NCBI GenBank assembly: GCA_013265495.1
Contig: MU058718.1
Coordinates: forward strand, 1,240,001-1,304,000
Direction: 5' to 3'
Source of the DNA: Vicugna vicugna
Taxonomy: Eukaryota
DNA: 64,000 bases
Shown here: positions 1 through 10,702 of the stretch, in pieces
Numbering within the stretch: position 1 is the stretch's first letter
Layout: every line of letters starts with the position of its first letter
Program-made: the position numbers and the translations under genes
The notes under the pieces: generated by a model
Seen by the model: only the letters and a program-made list of their open reading frames with translations
Database searches by the model: none
Told to the model about the DNA's origin: nothing

Positions 1-100
1 AGGAAAAGATCAAACCAGGAAGAGAAACTGCAATGTGTTTTGATCTGGTGGAGAAAGCTAATTTGTAGCAGAAATCAAAGCTATTTGTTTTTCATCTTAG

Positions 101-360
101 ATTTTACACTTGGTCAAGTGTGAACTGGAAAGCAGAACAGATAATGTACATGATGAGAAGGCAGAGAACCAAACTGGTGTGGGGAAGAAATGAAGGCCTG
201 GGAAATCTGCAGGGCTCAAATCTACGGGTTCTGACTATCAACACCTGCGGGTCAAAGAAGAACAGGGTGAAGTCAACACAAAGTGTGAAACAAACATCCC
301 GAAGAACTCAGAGTTGACTGACTAGATACCTAAATAAAATAACAGATGTATTTTTAAAAA
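101..360 (+). other. Candidate 3'-terminal exon of an unidentified gene entering from the left
   Basis: Acceptor tttgtttttcatcttag| ends at 100. One frame stays open 102-317 (FYTWSSVNWKAEQIMYMMRR...RRTQS*), the body is purine-rich, and AATAAA follows at 333-338. The peptide is not recognised. Confidence 0.3.
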
Positions 361-1533
361 GAGAATTAATCAGCCTGCCATTTATACTTTAATATGTGGA
401 AGTCCTCAAGGTTATCACACATTGTCTTAAATAAAAGCATTCATAGAGCCAGCAAAATCTGAACTAGACCTTAAAGGCTGAGAAATGGGTCCTTTCAGAA
501 ATTCCTGACCTGCTATCCCCGACGTGGACCTTGAGGCAGTTTTCCACGAGTGTCCTTGGCTTGCATGGCTTTTCCATACAGATTTGTCTCCAGGTTCCTT
601 AAGGGACCAGACTAATACTGAATTATTAGGGCAGTCATCTGTGACTGCGCCACAGAGGGAAAATCACCAATTTTGTAAACTGATACTTTGGCCTTGCCCC
701 TGAGCGGACAATGCCATAACCAACTTGGCTAACTAGTCACAGACCTAAGTAGATGAGCTTGGTTGACTGAGGGGAAGCAATAAATTATGTTTGTATTGAC
801 CTTAGTAAACCTTTTAATTCTTTCCCACATGATATAGTTCTCAACAAATTGGGAAAATATGGCCTAGAGTCTAGGTAATTGCACGCCTGCAGATCAATGG
901 CCAAGGCCCGCAGCATCAGTTTTAGGCCTGTGGACTCCAGCAGTTTCACCATCATCAGTAGGGAGCGGTGAGACGCTTCAACTTGAGGCCCTTCCCTCCC
1001 CTGCGCCCCAGGAGGATGTTGATCTTGTGTTGCCTACAACCGTGGGAGGGAGGGGATGTGGCCTCTACCCCATTAGGGAGAAAACACGGCCCCAGGTGTG
1101 TCAGGGGTCAGGGCTGACATGAGGAGGCCTGAAGGTTATTGTTGCATTTCTTCTAGCAGCTGGTCTCTCGGAACAGAAAAAAGGACCCGATTTGCCTCCT
1201 CGCACCATTCACTTGGCTGCTGGTTGCCGACGACTTCCATTCAAGTGTCCTGGGATTTTTGTTTCTGCCTGTTCACTAATAAGTTGCTTCAATCTCTCTC
1301 TCTTTCTCTTAATTACAAAGGGCGATGCACGAAAACTTTAAATGGCTTCCAAGTTGGAAAGTCAACACAATCTGTAGAAAATTCACCCCTTCGTTCCCTC
1401 AATACATAACTGCTGAGTAACTACCCCCCTGCGTCACTAGGCTTGTCAGGGGGCCTACTGAGTAGGGTTCAGCCTTTGCTCTGGAGCAACTTCCAGCCTC
1501 TTTGATGATGCTGACGTGTATCTGTGTAATTTC

Positions 1534-1913
1534 TGTGTTAGTTTGCTGGAGCTGCCACAACAAACTACCGCAGACTGAGTGGCTCAAAGAACACAAGTTT
1601 ATTTTCTCACAGTTCTGGAATCTAGAAGTCCGAGATCAAGGTGTTGGCAGATTCGGTCTCTCCCGAGGCCTCTCTCCTTGGTTTGTAGATGGACACCTTC
1701 TCCCCGTGTCTGCACATCCCTGGTGTCTCTGTGTGTCAGAATATCCCCTTTCTATAGGGAGTCCAGTCAGACTGGATTAGGGCCCACCCCAATGGCCTTA
1801 TTTTAATTCAGTCACTTCCTTAAAGGCCCTATTGTCAAATACAGTTGCATTCTGAGGTACTGGGGGTTAGGGTTTCAACATATGAATTTTGAGGAACAAT
1901 TCAGCCCATGACA
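1534..1913 (-). mobile_element. Solo LTR, ERVL-MaLR MLT1 (MLT1A/B/C-like)
   Basis: TG...CA ends over ~380 bp. Typical antisense MLT1 motifs: tttattttctcacagttctgga, gagatcaaggtg, ggattagggcccacc, attctgaggtactgggggttagg. Confidence 0.9.
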
Positions 1914-2411
1914 ATGACACGATGGTGAGATACGTGTTCACAGATGTAATAGAAATTTTATGTAAACTCAGATGATGCCTCGGGACTGGGGCAAACATCA
2001 ATTATCAACATTACTAGAATCTAAAGCAGGGGTCATTGTGGCAATTCATACATGGAATTAGGTTGATGGTCATGATCATTTGACCAGCATCATTTAAAAA
2101 ATTCTAAATCTGAAAGTCTTCAAGGTGGGACAAACACTGTTGCCTCTTCTTTACTTTTTTAATACCTGTTTTGTTCATGGTAATCAAGTTTGCAATCCCT
2201 GGCTAAATTCGTAAGGAAGAAGAGATTATTTTAATCATGTCATAATTTTCCAGGGACCTTCACCCCACATAGGATTGTAGTAATGTAATTCACTAACAAT
2301 GATTAATTTTTATTAATTTTTTATCCATTCCTCTTTTTCTTTGCTTTCATTTAGTTCTTCCCCTAGAACTTGTTCTGTTGTTGTTGTTGCATGGACTAAT
2401 ATGCATTTAAA

Positions 2412-2600
2412 AATTTTTTTTAAATGTTGTTTATACAGTTTTAAAGGTTACTTTCCATTTACAGTTATTGCAAAGTATTGGCTATATTCTGTGTTGTACA
2501 ATACATCCTTGAGCCTATCTTATACCCAACAGTTTGTATCTCCTACTCCTCTACCTCTTTTTTGCCCCTCCCCCTTTTCCATTGATAACCACTAGTTTAG
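2412..2600 (-). mobile_element. 5'-truncated L1 3' end (artiodactyl-type)
   Basis: Poly-T followed by ttttaaaggttactttccatttacagttattgcaaagtattggctatatt...tacaatacatccttgagcctatcttataccc. Confidence 0.75.
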
Positions 2601-2722
2601 AATCTGTTTATTTCTTGAAGACTTTTCTGCTATGACAAAACTATCTTCTCCATTCTCTTTTTAAATTTTTAAACCTTTTTTGTTTTGCTTTGTGTCTAAT
2701 TATTTTTTAAAGTGGCAGTTTC

Positions 2723-2835
2723 TTTTAATTTGTTTATTGGGGGGTAGTTAGGCTTATTTTTAATGGAGGTACTGGAGATTGAACTCAGGACCTCATGCAT
2801 GCTACATGAACTCTACCACTGAGCTATACCCTCCT
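2723..2835 (-). mobile_element. tRNA-Ala-derived camelid SINE (Vic-1-like)
   Basis: Minus strand reads agggtatagctcagtggtagag...gtcctgagttcaatctccagtacctcca (A and B boxes of a tRNA-Ala body), followed by an A-rich tail. Confidence 0.85.
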
Positions 2836-3269
2836 CGCCTCCATTCTCTTTCAATTTAAAATTACACATAGTTGTGAACTGACAACAACCAAGACCTTCT
2901 TCATGTGATCCTTTAATATTTAGCTCCACTGCCAACTGGCAGCCTTTCCTAATATCCTGGTTACAATAACAGGGAAGTAAGAATCTGATTGGCTGATTCA
3001 TTTCCTAGTATCTGGTGGTACATTACCACCTTATGGCATGAAGTTGCTGAGTTTCACTGTAAAGGAAGGCTAAGTAGACAGGATATATCCAGATGCCTGA
3101 AATACTTTATTACCTTGGAATTGCCTATTTTTCTATGATGTTTTAGGAATAAACTTTTTTCAAACCAAAGCAATGAAAATTAAAATTTTACATGAAACAT
3201 AAAAAGGTGAAGAATTTAAGTAGTAATCAAAGAAAAGCAAATAAAACAAATAAGAGTTATCGCATTTGA

Positions 3270-3900
3270 ACTTCTCAGTTTGGCAAAGATGTAACAGATG
3301 GTGATATACTATATTTGCAAGAATGTGGGGAGATGGGCACGTGTACATTATAAATGGGGTGTAAACTGGTACAACTTTGGGATAGCAGCTTGGTCCTTGA
3401 TATCAAAATTTTAAATTTCACTTCTATGAATTTAAGTGCGCTAATAAATGCATAAAAACCAATATAGCATTGGAAACAATTGGAGAAAAAATAATGGGAG
3501 ACCTAAACGTCCACCAATAAAGGATGGGTCAAGATCACTACCATACATATGTGTAATGGAACTCCACGTTGCCATTAAAAAGAATGGGTCATAGTGATAT
3601 TTACTGTCATGGAAAGATATTGCAAAGTGTACTGTTTTATAACTTAATATAAAGTCTCAAACACAGCTATGTAGGACAAGTCTATCAATATTAAATTGTA
3701 TGTGTGTGTCTGTGTATGTGTGTACACAGAGGGATGACATGATGATGTTCAGATATATAAATGTAAGGACAACCTCTGGGAAATGAGATTTTGGGGTGGA
3801 TTTTACTGATTTTTAATGATTTAAAGGAGCTTTCCTTTAGTCTTTTATACAGATATATTTTCATAATTAAAAGTAAATTTTTAAAATTTAGATAAAATAT
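3270..3900 (+). mobile_element. Old L1 (L1MD/L1ME-like) ORF2 end and 3'UTR fragment
   Basis: Degenerate L1 motifs gtgtaaactggtacaactttgg, acctaaacgtccaccaata and gccattaaaaagaatg. Confidence 0.7.
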
Positions 3901-4133
3901 GCTTCCCAAGGCCAAGGTATTTTCAAGAGTACCATTTCACTCCCTGACTCTAAACTGCTGGCTTGCTTGAATACCTTAGTTTTTTAATAGGCATATTCTT
4001 TTTGTGTAGAATATTTTTAAGAGGAGAATACTATTAAAAGCATTTGCAGTGTATCTTGAACATCCCTTTTAATAGGTATGAGGTATTCCAATAGTGGCCA
4101 ACTAAATTAGGAGTATGCACGTATTCACTGGAG

Positions 4134-4620
4134 TGTTATGGGCTGAAGTAAGTCTCCACCCTGCCTCCCCTCTTTCAGATGCTGAAGTCCTAACCCCTAA
4201 CACCTGAAAAATATGACTATATTTGGAGATAGGGTCTTCAATATTTTTCCCCCTTAATGGAGGTACTGGGGATTGAACCCAGGACCTTGTGCATGCTAAG
4301 CGTGCATCTGCCACTGAGCTCTATCCTCCCCACCTAGAAATAGGGTCTTAAAATAGTAAATTAAACTAAAGGTCATTAGGATAAGCTGATCCAATATGAC
4401 TGATGTCCTTTTAAGGACAGGAAATTTGGACACGTACAGAGGAAAGGCCCTGTGAAGACACAGGGAGAAGACCATACACAAGCCAAGGAGCAAGGCCGCA
4501 GAAGTAACCAGCCCTGCTGACGCCTTGACCTCTGACTTCTAATCTCCGGAACAGCTAGAAAATTAGGTTCTGCTATTTAAGCTACCCGTCTGTGATAGTT
4601 TTCTAGGGCTGCCATAAATA
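4134..4620 (+). mobile_element. Solo MLT1 LTR (MLT1B-like) interrupted by a SINE
   Basis: Starts tgttatgggctgaa; contains tatttggagatagggtctt, tccaatatgactgatgtcctt, gtgaagacacagggagaagac and ccctgctgacgccttgacctctgacttc. Confidence 0.9.
4244..4335 (-). mobile_element. tRNA-Ala(AGC)-derived camelid SINE (Vic-1-like) nested in MLT1
   Basis: Minus strand reads ...agctcagtggcagatgcacgcttagcatgcacaaggtcctgggttcaatccccagtacctcca. Target-site duplication gagatagggtctt (4226-4238) / gaaatagggtctt (4337-4349). Confidence 0.9.
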
Positions 4621-5942
4621 GAAGTAAACCTACCTCATCTATAATCCCTATTGACAATATTTTATTGTTTTGCAGTATTTTGAAATCATTTTAACATATT
4701 TTACATGAATGGTGTTAAATTATTAAGCTGCCCAAATTAGTTTTTTTAAAAAAACATACAAAATAAGCACCAACTTCAAAATCTTACTTACATCTAAAAA
4801 AATCATCTAAAGTAGGAACCTAACCTATAATACCAAAGAAATGGAATTATACCAGCCTGGATTGGGAGGATTTGGCAAAGAAATTTATATACACAGGTGT
4901 GGAGTTGTTCTGCAATTTCAATTAGATGAAAGGATTTGGAATAGAAATATGATTTTAATCACGGCTGTATCTTGTAAAATTGAAGAACCTACTGTTTTGT
5001 TCTATTTATTGCTTTTGTGTCTATGGCTTATCATAGGGGGAAGGAAAAACTTGCCAACCAGATAATTTTTAAAATGGGCAGAACATGAACTATTTCATTT
5101 AAAATATTCTTAAATTAGTGGAACTTTAAAGACTTGCAGAAACAAAGGAAGTCCATATAGCAGTTTTTGTTTAGCAATAGCTAAAGGTTTTAGATAAAGC
5201 TTTTAAATGTTTGGAATGCAAAGGCATATTTGTAAACGAAGGGTTTAATTTTACCAAAGGTATGATAGCTACTTGGTTAAAAAGTATGAAATCCTCAGGG
5301 GAAAAAAAGTTACTTTTAGTTACCATGTGTTGGATTTTGTGTATTTACAGGAAATGTTTCCATTTAAGACCATTGATACATTAATAGTTTCCAGGCACAT
5401 TTTATGACAGGGCCTAAGTTTGTTCTCTTTTGAACAACTAGGAAAGGATGTTTTTAAAGTAAGCACTTAGATTTGCCTGGATCTCATTTATAAAGTAAGG
5501 GTCTTAACTCCAAATGTCTCTGAAATCAAACTATGCCCTGGAGTAGTGAATTCCCCAGAGATGACCACAGCATCTATCTTCCATTCAATTTCTCTTTACC
5601 ATCAAACTTCCTAAGTCTCTTGTACCCTTGTTTTCTTTCTTAAAACGTAGAGAACGGTGCAGCTCCCAGCTGTCCTCTACCTCCTCCAGCTTTCTTCATG
5701 GATAGTCTGACTTTACTTTCATAGTTCCTTGGAGAAGTTGCTAATCACAATTCATTTATTGCAGTCCTGCTTTAAAGCTCTGTGCTTATTTTGACCCTGG
5801 GGTTTGAAGGGCATCTTTTAGCAACATGACGAAACCTCTGAGAATTGGAGGGACCTGATTAGGCAGAGAAAATACGACTGTATTCAAGAACAGGGGAAGT
5901 GCTGGTCACCTGAATCCTTCTGTCTTCCAGTGTGTAACTGAA

Positions 5943-5957
5943 GCCCCCTAGTGGCCA
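5943..5957 (-). promoter_or_regulatory. CTCF-binding motif
   Basis: Minus strand TGGCCACTAGGGGGC is a near-perfect CTCF core. Occupancy cannot be shown from sequence. Confidence 0.6.
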
Positions 5958-6999
5958 GGTGACCCCAGCAGGTGCTGTGTGTCCCCTCTTCTCGGGAGAG
6001 GATCTTGAGATCCTAGCTCTTTTTCCTTCCAGATCTCTGAGCTGTGAGAGAAGACTCCTGGGTTCCCAATACAGCCCAATTCCCTGGTTTCAAACTTCTC
6101 AGGGAGTCCTGGCTTTTTTACCCCGGCAGGATTCCCAAGGAAAGGAGAGGCCAGCAAGTTCTCCAGCTGCATAGAAGGCCTTTAACTAGCTCTCTAAAGT
6201 GGTAAGGGATATTGCTACTGTCAGTGCAGACTGAAAAACTCATTAAGGCACTGAGAGCTGTGAGCTGGGGTTCCCCGAGGTAGCTTCCTGGCTTTAGATG
6301 TCTTCCCCTGCCTGCATAATTTCAGAAGGAGGGAATGGAGTCCAGATTTCCCCTGGACATTCTCCTAGGAAAGTTTAGGTAGCACAGAAATATCATCCAT
6401 ACAGTTATACTCACATGACTTGGGTACTTGCCCAAGTAAAAATCAAATGACCCCGCAACAGTGTCTGCAATGTAGACACTGAGGAATCCCCTGTCTCCTT
6501 GGGAACCCACTCCTCTATGGCCATATGGCCCCACTGAGTACAAGCCCAGTTTTCAACATGTATAAGCATGGACCACATCTTCTCTGTGCCTTCAGTGATG
6601 AGTGGGGTGTAATGGGGGGACACTCAGTGTTTGGAATAAGTCAAAGTAATTGAGTCAGGTTGATTTCAAGTATATGTGTTCCGTAGGAGATCCTCTAACC
6701 TGTGAAAGAGGCACTTTGCCAAGTGCATCTTTTTAATTTAGCTGCTTCTTGCTGCTTGTGAGCCATGTACTGAGCACCACGGGGGGAGCAGAGAAGTCTT
6801 GGATCGTGGGAATTCCTATTCCCGATGAAGAGTATATAGTCAAGAGGAAACTACATGCCCCTCCTTGACACCATATCCCCCCTCAAACCCCTGCCCTGAG
6901 TTTCTACCCCCTGTCAAGCTTCTTGGTGCTCTTTCCCACCTCCTACCCCCCTTCAGCCCTCTTGTCTCTGCTCTCTGGGCCGTCACTCCACAGAATCCA

Positions 7000-8515
7000 C
7001 CTGTCCCGAAGTCACTGTGACGTCAACTCAATAGTCACTTTTCAGTCCTCCCAGCTTTAATTCCACCTCAGAGCCTTTCCACACGTGGCCCCTTTCTCAT
7101 TCCCACTTTCTGCTCCTGGTTTTCTTTTACTTTCTGACTGTTCCTTTTCGGTCTCCTTTGCCAGCTCTCCTGTCTCTTCTCAAATCTAAATGTTGGCTTT
7201 TCTTAGACCTCTGTCTTGGAGTCTTTTCTCATATCACTTTTCTGGCTATTTTAATCATAGATATACATCAGAAACATCTAGGGAGTTTTTTTTTTTTTCC
7301 AGCTATACATATCCAGACCCCAGGCATTTTGATTTACTGGGCCTCCAGTGTGTGTATTTTGAGAAAAGAAAATTCTAAGGGAATTCTTAATAGCGCCCCT
7401 TGTTAAGAACCATGGCCCTGTTTCTTTGTGTGTGTGTCCTTTCTCCTTCTCTCCAGAGGATCTTATCTTCTCCTGTGGCTTCCATACGCTGATGACTTTC
7501 AGATCAAAATCTCTATCCTGAGATTGCCTTCGAGTCCAGGTCCCTGTATGTACAAATACATCCTGGGGCAGCTCAGAGGCTTCTCATAACACTTGTCCTC
7601 AATGGAAATCCAAATTTATTTCTCCAAGTCTGCTGCTCCTTCTGACTTTCCTGTTTCCATAAGTGACATTATCATTTGTGTAGTCCAGAAAACCAGACAT
7701 TCTCCTTGACTCCTTCCTCATTCCCCATACCCAAGCGTGCCTCCTAAATATGCAGTCACTGATTTAAAAAAATTCTTTACTACAAAAAAGGTAATTTCAA
7801 ATGATTCAACCCAGTACTTAACAATGTTCACTTCTCTATTTTAGTGACATCTTGGTCCAAGCACTGGTTCTTCAGATGCTCAGGTCCCTTTCTTACTGGT
7901 CTCTCTGCCTCTGCTCATGTCCCCTCTTTCCATCATTAATACTGTCTCCAAAGTGATTTTTAAAATGCAGGTCTAATTATATCATATTTTCATTTGTAGC
8001 CCTCAATAAGCTCTTTGTGCACTTGGAATAGTTAAATGGCTAATATTATTAAATAGCCTAGATGACCCTATAACGTCTGGCCCCTTTTTCTTATGTATCT
8101 CATTCTAAGCCACTTTTCTCCTACTTTTTCCCTCTATGGTCAAATCTAACGACTCTATCAGGTACCTTCTAGTTTAAGGACTTTGCATTAGTAATTTCCT
8201 TGGCCTGTTACGTTCTTCACCAACTTGTGTTTGGGTAGCTCCTGCAAATTCATCCTGTCTCAGCTGAAACACCACTTCTGCTGAGCTGTGCCTGATGCTC
8301 CCCACTGGGTTAAGGACCCCTATTGTGCAGCCTGAAACTCTCAATGATTGTTATTCATTCAGCAAATTGTTGTGCAATTCTTCATCTGATAACTGTCTCT
8401 GCTCGATTGAGGCACTATGAGAGCTGGGACTGTGTTCTCATTTTCCACAGGATTCTTGACTTTTAACATGGTGCTTAAATGTGGTTACATCTCAACATCT
8501 ATGTATTGAAGGCAT
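7000..8515 (+). mobile_element. LINE-2 (L2) fragment including RT remnant and 3' end
   Basis: Pyrimidine-rich L2 sense strand; tac gct gat gac (YADD) at 7485-7496; L2-like 3' terminus near 8410-8515. Confidence 0.75.
7232..7415. mobile_element. MER5-like hAT-Charlie MITE nested in L2
   Basis: acatcagaaacatctagggag...cagaccccag...ttgatttactggg...gttaagaaccatgg interrupts the L2 sequence. Confidence 0.55.
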
Positions 8516-8599
8516 GAGTAAGATGGGAGTTAAGATACAAATGTGAAAAACAGATACCAGAGAGTATTTTAGAAGTGTCCACATAGAAGCACGAACAAA

Positions 8600-9150
8600 A
8601 CACAGTCAGTGCCAGGAGAGAGCGAGCTTACCCTGGGCCCATCACGGGAAGTCTCACAGAGTGGTTATTTGTCTTGGTCCTTCACAGATGGCGAGGGTTC
8701 CCAGAGAGAGGGAATAGCATCATCGGCAGAGGGGAAAAGAGAAGCAAAGGCAGAAAGGCAGGAAAAGACACAGTAAACTCGAAGAGTAACCAATGCTCCA
8801 ATTGATTTGAAGATGGGGTATGAGCTGGGCAGGTGGTAGGTAAGAAGTAGATAGAAGGGGCAGACAGAGAGCCCAGGAAATTTAGACTTGTAATTTTTAG
8901 CCATGTTTCAAAGCAGTATTCTGAGAGAACGGATCTGGTTTTGTGTCTGGTACTCAAAGCCAGTTAGAAGACTGCAGTGAACTTTGTGAGAAATAATGAC
9001 AGCCAGGACTCAGGTGTTACAGTGGAAAGGAAAAGAAAGATGGACTTGGGGCTACCATTACAGAAGTAGCCTGCCAGGTGTTTGAAGACTGGTTCTATGC
9101 AGTGGCAACAGAAAGAGACCGGGCCAAGATGAGCCTCGGGTCTGAATGCT
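8600..9150 (-). mobile_element. L2 fragment, antisense
   Basis: Purine-rich L2 antisense motifs: ggcagaggggaaaag...gcaaaggcaga, ccagttagaagactgcag, gagaaataatgacag. Confidence 0.6.
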
Positions 9151-10685
9151 AAAAGAAAGACCAGTGAAATTAAAAGTTGGCTGGCAGTTTCAGAACAGCC
9201 CTTAGTTAGAATTTAAGAGGAAACTCATTCCATCAAGTGTCTACTCTACAGAAGCTGTGAGAGCTCATTCATTAGACAGATACGTTCAAGTTTCTCTGCT
9301 TTCAATCCAGTGTCCTCTCTGCTAGAACAGTCCTACCTGTGAGTAGCTGAGGTGGTGTGTAAGCCGATTTTCAGACTGGTGACTAAATACGGGTTTTTTT
9401 TTTTTTTTTTGGCATTGAAAAATCTTTTCTTTTCCCAGACAGTTGTTATGGTTCAATCCACTTCACAGGTATGTGGGAAGCTTGCAAATGACTATTTCAC
9501 ATTTACTGAGTAAACTAGTGACTCAGTAATGCTGCTTTAGAACCAGATATGTGTGGTTTTGCTTCACTTGAGGAATTCAGTAAAGAACATACTTCATGTC
9601 AGCAGAAACCCTCGTAAATCTACATAGAGAAAGACAAGAGTAAAGCCTCCTTTTACAATCACATGGCTGCGTGGAATGTTCCTTTTCCCCCCTTTTTCTC
9701 TAATGGAGAAGTTCTACATTTCTTTCATGTCTCAGAAAAAGTTTATTTGTGCCTATGAGGTTTTGAGAAGTGACACCATTGTCATCTTTTCTTGAGTTTC
9801 CTCTTGAAGATTAAAAAAATAATTGAAGGGGAAAGTAAAATCCTAAGGGTTGTTATTTTGCTTTGTATGTAAGAGGTATGCCTTTTCCCTCAAGACCGGT
9901 ACTCCAGGGGAAGCCTGCCAGAAAAAACAAACAAGGCGGCCCGGCGCTACACAGCGTCTCCGGCGTGATGGCCGAGCTTCTGTATCTGGCCTACGTATGT
10001 AAACTGCACGTCCCGGGGTAGAAAGTCTTCCAGAAGCACACAGACACAAGAAGTTGGGAAGACAGATAATTTCTTTTTTAAGTTGTAAAGAACATTTATA
10101 TTGTTACTATTTCAGCTTGGACATGAAGCTTTAAATTTTTAAGCTTTAAAAATGTTTCCATAAGTAGTATCTTCTGGCTGTGCAGTTTTGGCTCAGAGAA
10201 ATTGGGATTAGTGAGATCAGATGAAAGGAGATAAATATGAAAGGGGAGTCCTCAGATGGGAGGGGTTTCTGCAGGAGACACCTGCCCAGCTTGGCATCAC
10301 AGGGACTCAGTGGCCTGGCAGAACCTCGACTTGAATAGTTTGGTTAAATTGATGACCTTTTGCGGCTTTTGTGGCATGGAAAAAGCTGATTTTTTCTGAA
10401 TGGAGCACTATACGTTCCTCTAAAGAGTCCTTGGCGTTCTGTTGTCTCAGCCTCTATTAGTGAACTTGGGGAGATCCTTGGACATGCATGATGTTACGAA
10501 CAAACCTAGGACTTTGAGTTTTCACTTTCTGTATGCCACATTTCAGAATCTCCTAGGAAACTGATGTATTTATCTTACTTTTTACTTGAAATGCAAGGCA
10601 TTTCATGTTGTCACAGGTACATTTACTTAGTATTAGTCTTTTAAGACATGTTTTTGTTTCATTTCCACCCTAAATAAAACCATTC

Positions 10686-10702
10686 TGTGTGTGTGTGTGT
10701 GT
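10686..10702 (+). repeat. (TG)n microsatellite
   Basis: About 8 TG units, seen directly. Confidence 0.85.

Noticed and set aside
270..1372. Shared 12-mer aagtcaacacaa at ~270 and ~1359 (KSTQSV appears in two ORFs)
   Set aside because: The similarity barely extends beyond the 12-mer and is compatible with chance.
2764..4331. Two tRNA-Ala-like sequences as functional tRNA genes
   Set aside because: They have substitutions or deletions in the stems and A-rich tails, and one has a TSD, so they are SINEs.
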